Positions 61,353 through 64,000 of a stretch of DNA of 64,000 bases are shown in pieces. How positions within the stretch are numbered: the first letter of the stretch is position 1; the number at the start of each line of letters is the position of its first letter. Made by a program: the position numbers and the translations under genes. The stretch is from Bugula neritina. Lineage: Eukaryota > Animalia > Bryozoa. The notes below the pieces were generated by a model. The model saw only the letters and a program-made list of their open reading frames with translations, searched no databases and was not told the origin of the DNA. The DNA is taken from contig OZ037769.1 in the NCBI GenBank assembly GCA_964035545.1, forward strand, positions 7,979,929-8,043,928. Reading direction: 5' to 3'.

Positions 61353-63998
61353 TTAATTCATCACATAGTCAGCAAATCTCCGAGGCAATCTTCGCTCTCT
61401 GGATAGAGCACCAAACCTACCCGGAACCGTTGGACTGGCTGTATGGGCCAAAGACGTACCCGAGCCCTCTGCGACCAATGTCCCGGGTGCCTGCGTTCCT
61501 GATGGATTGGCTTTTTTGTTAGCTTTTGGACCAAGCACCTCTGCATCCATAGGAACCGGCGGAGGAGCATTTGGTTCAAGCACCACGGGGTCCTCTTCCC
61601 GAAGATCTACCAACGCACTTCTGTTTCGGCGTATAACTCCTGTTTCAGTTTTAACCGTGTATGAGTGTGGAGCTACACTTGCCAGAACTGTGCCCTGTTT
61701 CTTAGTGTCTCTGACATAGACGGGTGAACCTTGAGAAAGTTCAGGCAACAGAGTGGCTTTGTGCCGTTGGTTGTAGTTATTCATGGTCCTTAGATTTATG
61801 TGTTGTTCCTTCTCAGCAATGTCTGGTGGCTTGTGAACCACTCGGGTTTCAGGCATGGAGGGTAGGGTAGTTCGAAGTAGCCTGTTCATCAAAAGTTCTG
61901 AAGGAGTGAATCCGTTTTCGAGTGGAGTAGCTCTATAGGTTAGTAGGCTTAGGTATGGATCTGTAGTTTTGCTCCACAGACGCTTTACTGTTCCTACCGC
62001 TCTCTCAGCTTCGCCATTGGCTTTTGGATATCTTGGAGAGCTGGTCACGTGTTGAAAACCATAACTCTGGGCAAATTCTTGGAACTCCCTAGAGCTGAAC
62101 TGAGGTCCATTGTCAGAAATGACTACCTCGGGAATTCCATGAGTTGAGAAGATGGATTTAATTTTGTCCACAGTGAATGCTGAAGACAGCGAGTCTAATC
62201 TCCTAACTTCTATGTATCTGCTATGATAATCGACCACTAATAGATAGTTCTTTTTCTGGAACTCGAACAGGTCTGCACCTAACTTTATCCAGGGTTTAGA
62301 TGGCAAGGTGGATGGCTGCAGAGGCTCTACCGGGGTCGGTGAGTTAATTCTGCACTGTCGACACCCCTGCACCATTTCCTTTATTTGTTTAGACATTCCC
62401 GGCCACCAGATAGCTCTTCTGGCTCTTGCCTGGCATTTTACTATTCCTTGATGGGCCTGGTGAATGCGGTCAAGCAGTTTTAGTCTTAAATTGCTAGGGA
62501 TGACTAGCCGCTGATCATATAAGAGAAGGCCTTTAGATTGTGTCAAATGTCCTTTGACATCCCAGTAAGGGTGTACTGCTGTGTGGGCATCTGTTTTATA
62601 TGTAGGCCATCCTTTTATGATGAGGTTCTGGACCTCTTGGCACACGGCATCTAGTTGTTGTGCCTCCTTGATTTCTTCGATCATCGGATCTATCGAAGGT
62701 ATAATGGAAGTGCTAGCTTCTAGCTCTTCAACCAGCATCACATCTATGCGAGATGGTATACCAGAGGGTGCTCGCGACAATGCATCTGCTACGTGGTTGC
62801 GAGACCCTGGGATATACTCTATTTTTGGAGCATACCTCATGAGCCGCAGTCTCAATCGGAGAATCCTGGCTGGCACTTGGTCTAAGTCTTTTACACCCAT
62901 AAGCCTAACCAAAGGCTTGTGATCCGTCTCTAGAGTGAAAGGTAATCCTCTTAAAAACTGATCAAGCTTGTTGCATGCCCAAGCCATTGCCAATGCCTCC
63001 TTTTCTATTGCGGCGTAATTTTGTTCCACTGAGGTTAAAGACCTTGATGCGTAGTATACTGGCCTCCTTGTCCCATCCTTTTGTATTTGGAACATAGCAG
63101 CTCCAAGTCCAGTGTTGCTAGCATCAGTGGCAACAATTGTTTTCAGCTTGGGATCATAGTGTGCTATGACCTGAGCAGACATCAGTGTTTGCTTTACCTT
63201 TTGGAAAGCTTCCTCTTGAGGTTGATTCCATGTCCAAGCCTTACTTTCCTTTAGTAACTCTCTCATGGGAGCTGTGATTTCAGACAGGTGAGGGATAAAC
63301 TTAGCTAGCTGATTCAGCATACCATTTAGTCGTCTCAACTCTGTCTTACAGGTAGGGGCTGGAAAGTCACGTATTGATGCGACTTTATCCGGGTCAGGGC
63401 TGACTCCTTTAGCATCTATAATGTGGCCTAAAAACTTCACTTGAGCTTGGCCAATCTCACACTTGTCTTCATTCAATGTGAGTCCTGCTTCTTCCAGTCT
63501 GCTTAAAACCAGCTTTAAGGTTTTATCGTGGCTTTCTGCATCTTTACCATGAACTAGAATATCGTCCATGTGACAGATGACATTCTCTATGTCGCCTAAT
63601 AGTCTGCACATAGCTCGAGAAAAGATCTCCGGTGCACTAGATATTCCAAATGGAAGTCTGTTGAAACAGAACCGGCCAAAAGGTGTGAGGACGGTAGTCA
63701 GTTTTCTTGACTCCTTGTCCAAGTGTATTTGCCAGAACCCACTATTGGCATCTAGCTTTGAGAAGATTTTACTTGCCCCCAACAGTCCAATACTTTCATC
63801 GACTGCTGGCATTGGATAGATTTCCCTTCTAACTGCTTTATTCAGGCCAGTCAGGTCCACACACACGCGTACATCTCCTGATGGTTTGAGGACTGGGACC
63901 ATTCCACTACACCACTCTGTAGCTTCTGTTACGGGAGAGATAACTCCTTGTTGCGCCATCTCATCTAGCTTTTTCTTAGTTTTGTCTCGTAATGGAAT
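61353..63998 (-). CDS. gypsy pol polyprotein (RT, RNase H, integrase), 5'-partial
   Basis: RT motifs VCVDLTGLN, KLDANSGFWQ, LPFGISSAP and HMDD. RNase H motifs TDAS, EKEALA, TDHKPL and ADALSR. Integrase HHCC and ADLF/SDNGPQF/NGEAER. The frame is open upstream of the listed Met (IPLRDKTKKKLDEM) to the window edge. Confidence 0.95.
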   Translation of the reverse strand: MPLRDKTKKKLDEMAQQGVISPVTEATEWCSGMVPVLKPSGDVRVCVDLTGLNKAVRREIYPMPAVDESIGLLGASKIFSKLDANSGFWQIHLDKESRKLTTVLTPFGRFCFNRLPFGISSAPEIFSRAMCRLLGDIENVICHMDDILVHGKDAESHDKTLKLVLSRLEEAGLTLNEDKCEIGQAQVKFLGHIIDAKGVSPDPDKVASIRDFPAPTCKTELRRLNGMLNQLAKFIPHLSEITAPMRELLKESKAWTWNQPQEEAFQKVKQTLMSAQVIAHYDPKLKTIVATDASNTGLGAAMFQIQKDGTRRPVYYASRSLTSVEQNYAAIEKEALAMAWACNKLDQFLRGLPFTLETDHKPLVRLMGVKDLDQVPARILRLRLRLMRYAPKIEYIPGSRNHVADALSRAPSGIPSRIDVMLVEELEASTSIIPSIDPMIEEIKEAQQLDAVCQEVQNLIIKGWPTYKTDAHTAVHPYWDVKGHLTQSKGLLLYDQRLVIPSNLRLKLLDRIHQAHQGIVKCQARARRAIWWPGMSKQIKEMVQGCRQCRINSPTPVEPLQPSTLPSKPWIKLGADLFEFQKKNYLLVVDYHSRYIEVRRLDSLSSAFTVDKIKSIFSTHGIPEVVISDNGPQFSSREFQEFAQSYGFQHVTSSPRYPKANGEAERAVGTVKRLWSKTTDPYLSLLTYRATPLENGFTPSELLMNRLLRTTLPSMPETRVVHKPPDIAEKEQHINLRTMNNYNQRHKATLLPELSQGSPVYVRDTKKQGTVLASVAPHSYTVKTETGVIRRNRSALVDLREEDPVVLEPNAPPPVPMDAEVLGPKANKKANPSGTQAPGTLVAEGSGTSLAHTASPTVPGRFGALSRERRLPRRFADYVMN

Positions 63999-64000
63999 GG

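Larger units (their letters stand above)
61034..64000 (-). mobile_element. Ty3/gypsy LTR retrotransposon (Mag/SURL-like), 3' part, continues off the right edge
   Basis: RT-RNaseH-IN order in one open frame, followed by a 3' UTR, a PPT and an LTR. Confidence 0.95.

Noticed and set aside
61325-63819. Short ORFs overlapping gypsy pol, and antisense ORFs over the NCX, GHITM, RASL10 and SRFBP1 exons
   Set aside because: Shadow frames of real coding sequence.

Overview
AT-rich, intron-rich animal genomic DNA (an invertebrate by inference; no prokaryotic features). I assembled five spliced genes by hand from splice sites and reading-frame continuity: BPHL (+, 2849-5592, 4 coding exons), GHITM (-, 6466-10649, 7 exons), a RASL10-like GTPase (-, 14834-17269, 2 exons), an SLC8/NCX Na+/Ca2+ exchanger (-, 21970-40184, 16 core exons) and SRFBP1/Bud22 (+, 51839-58608, 15 exons). 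The window starts in a decayed Ty1/copia element whose 5' LTR and half-tRNAiMet primer-binding site are visible. It ends in an open-frame Ty3/gypsy pol with a polypurine tract and a short 3' LTR. Also present are a Kolobok-type TTAA MITE, tRNA/SINE-derived inserts and several minisatellites. The most notable unannotated signals are: (1) a complete type I hammerhead ribozyme with a palindromic stem III, antisense in the last SRFBP1 intron (57981-58027); (2) several frame-preserving candidate microexons in the NCX cytosolic loop, whose second Ca2+-binding domain looks degenerate; (3) recurring 3/6-nt-periodic, quasi-palindromic AT domains next to likely transcription starts; (4) two GC-AG introns in neighbouring genes. 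All homology statements come from my recollection of family motifs; no searches were run.
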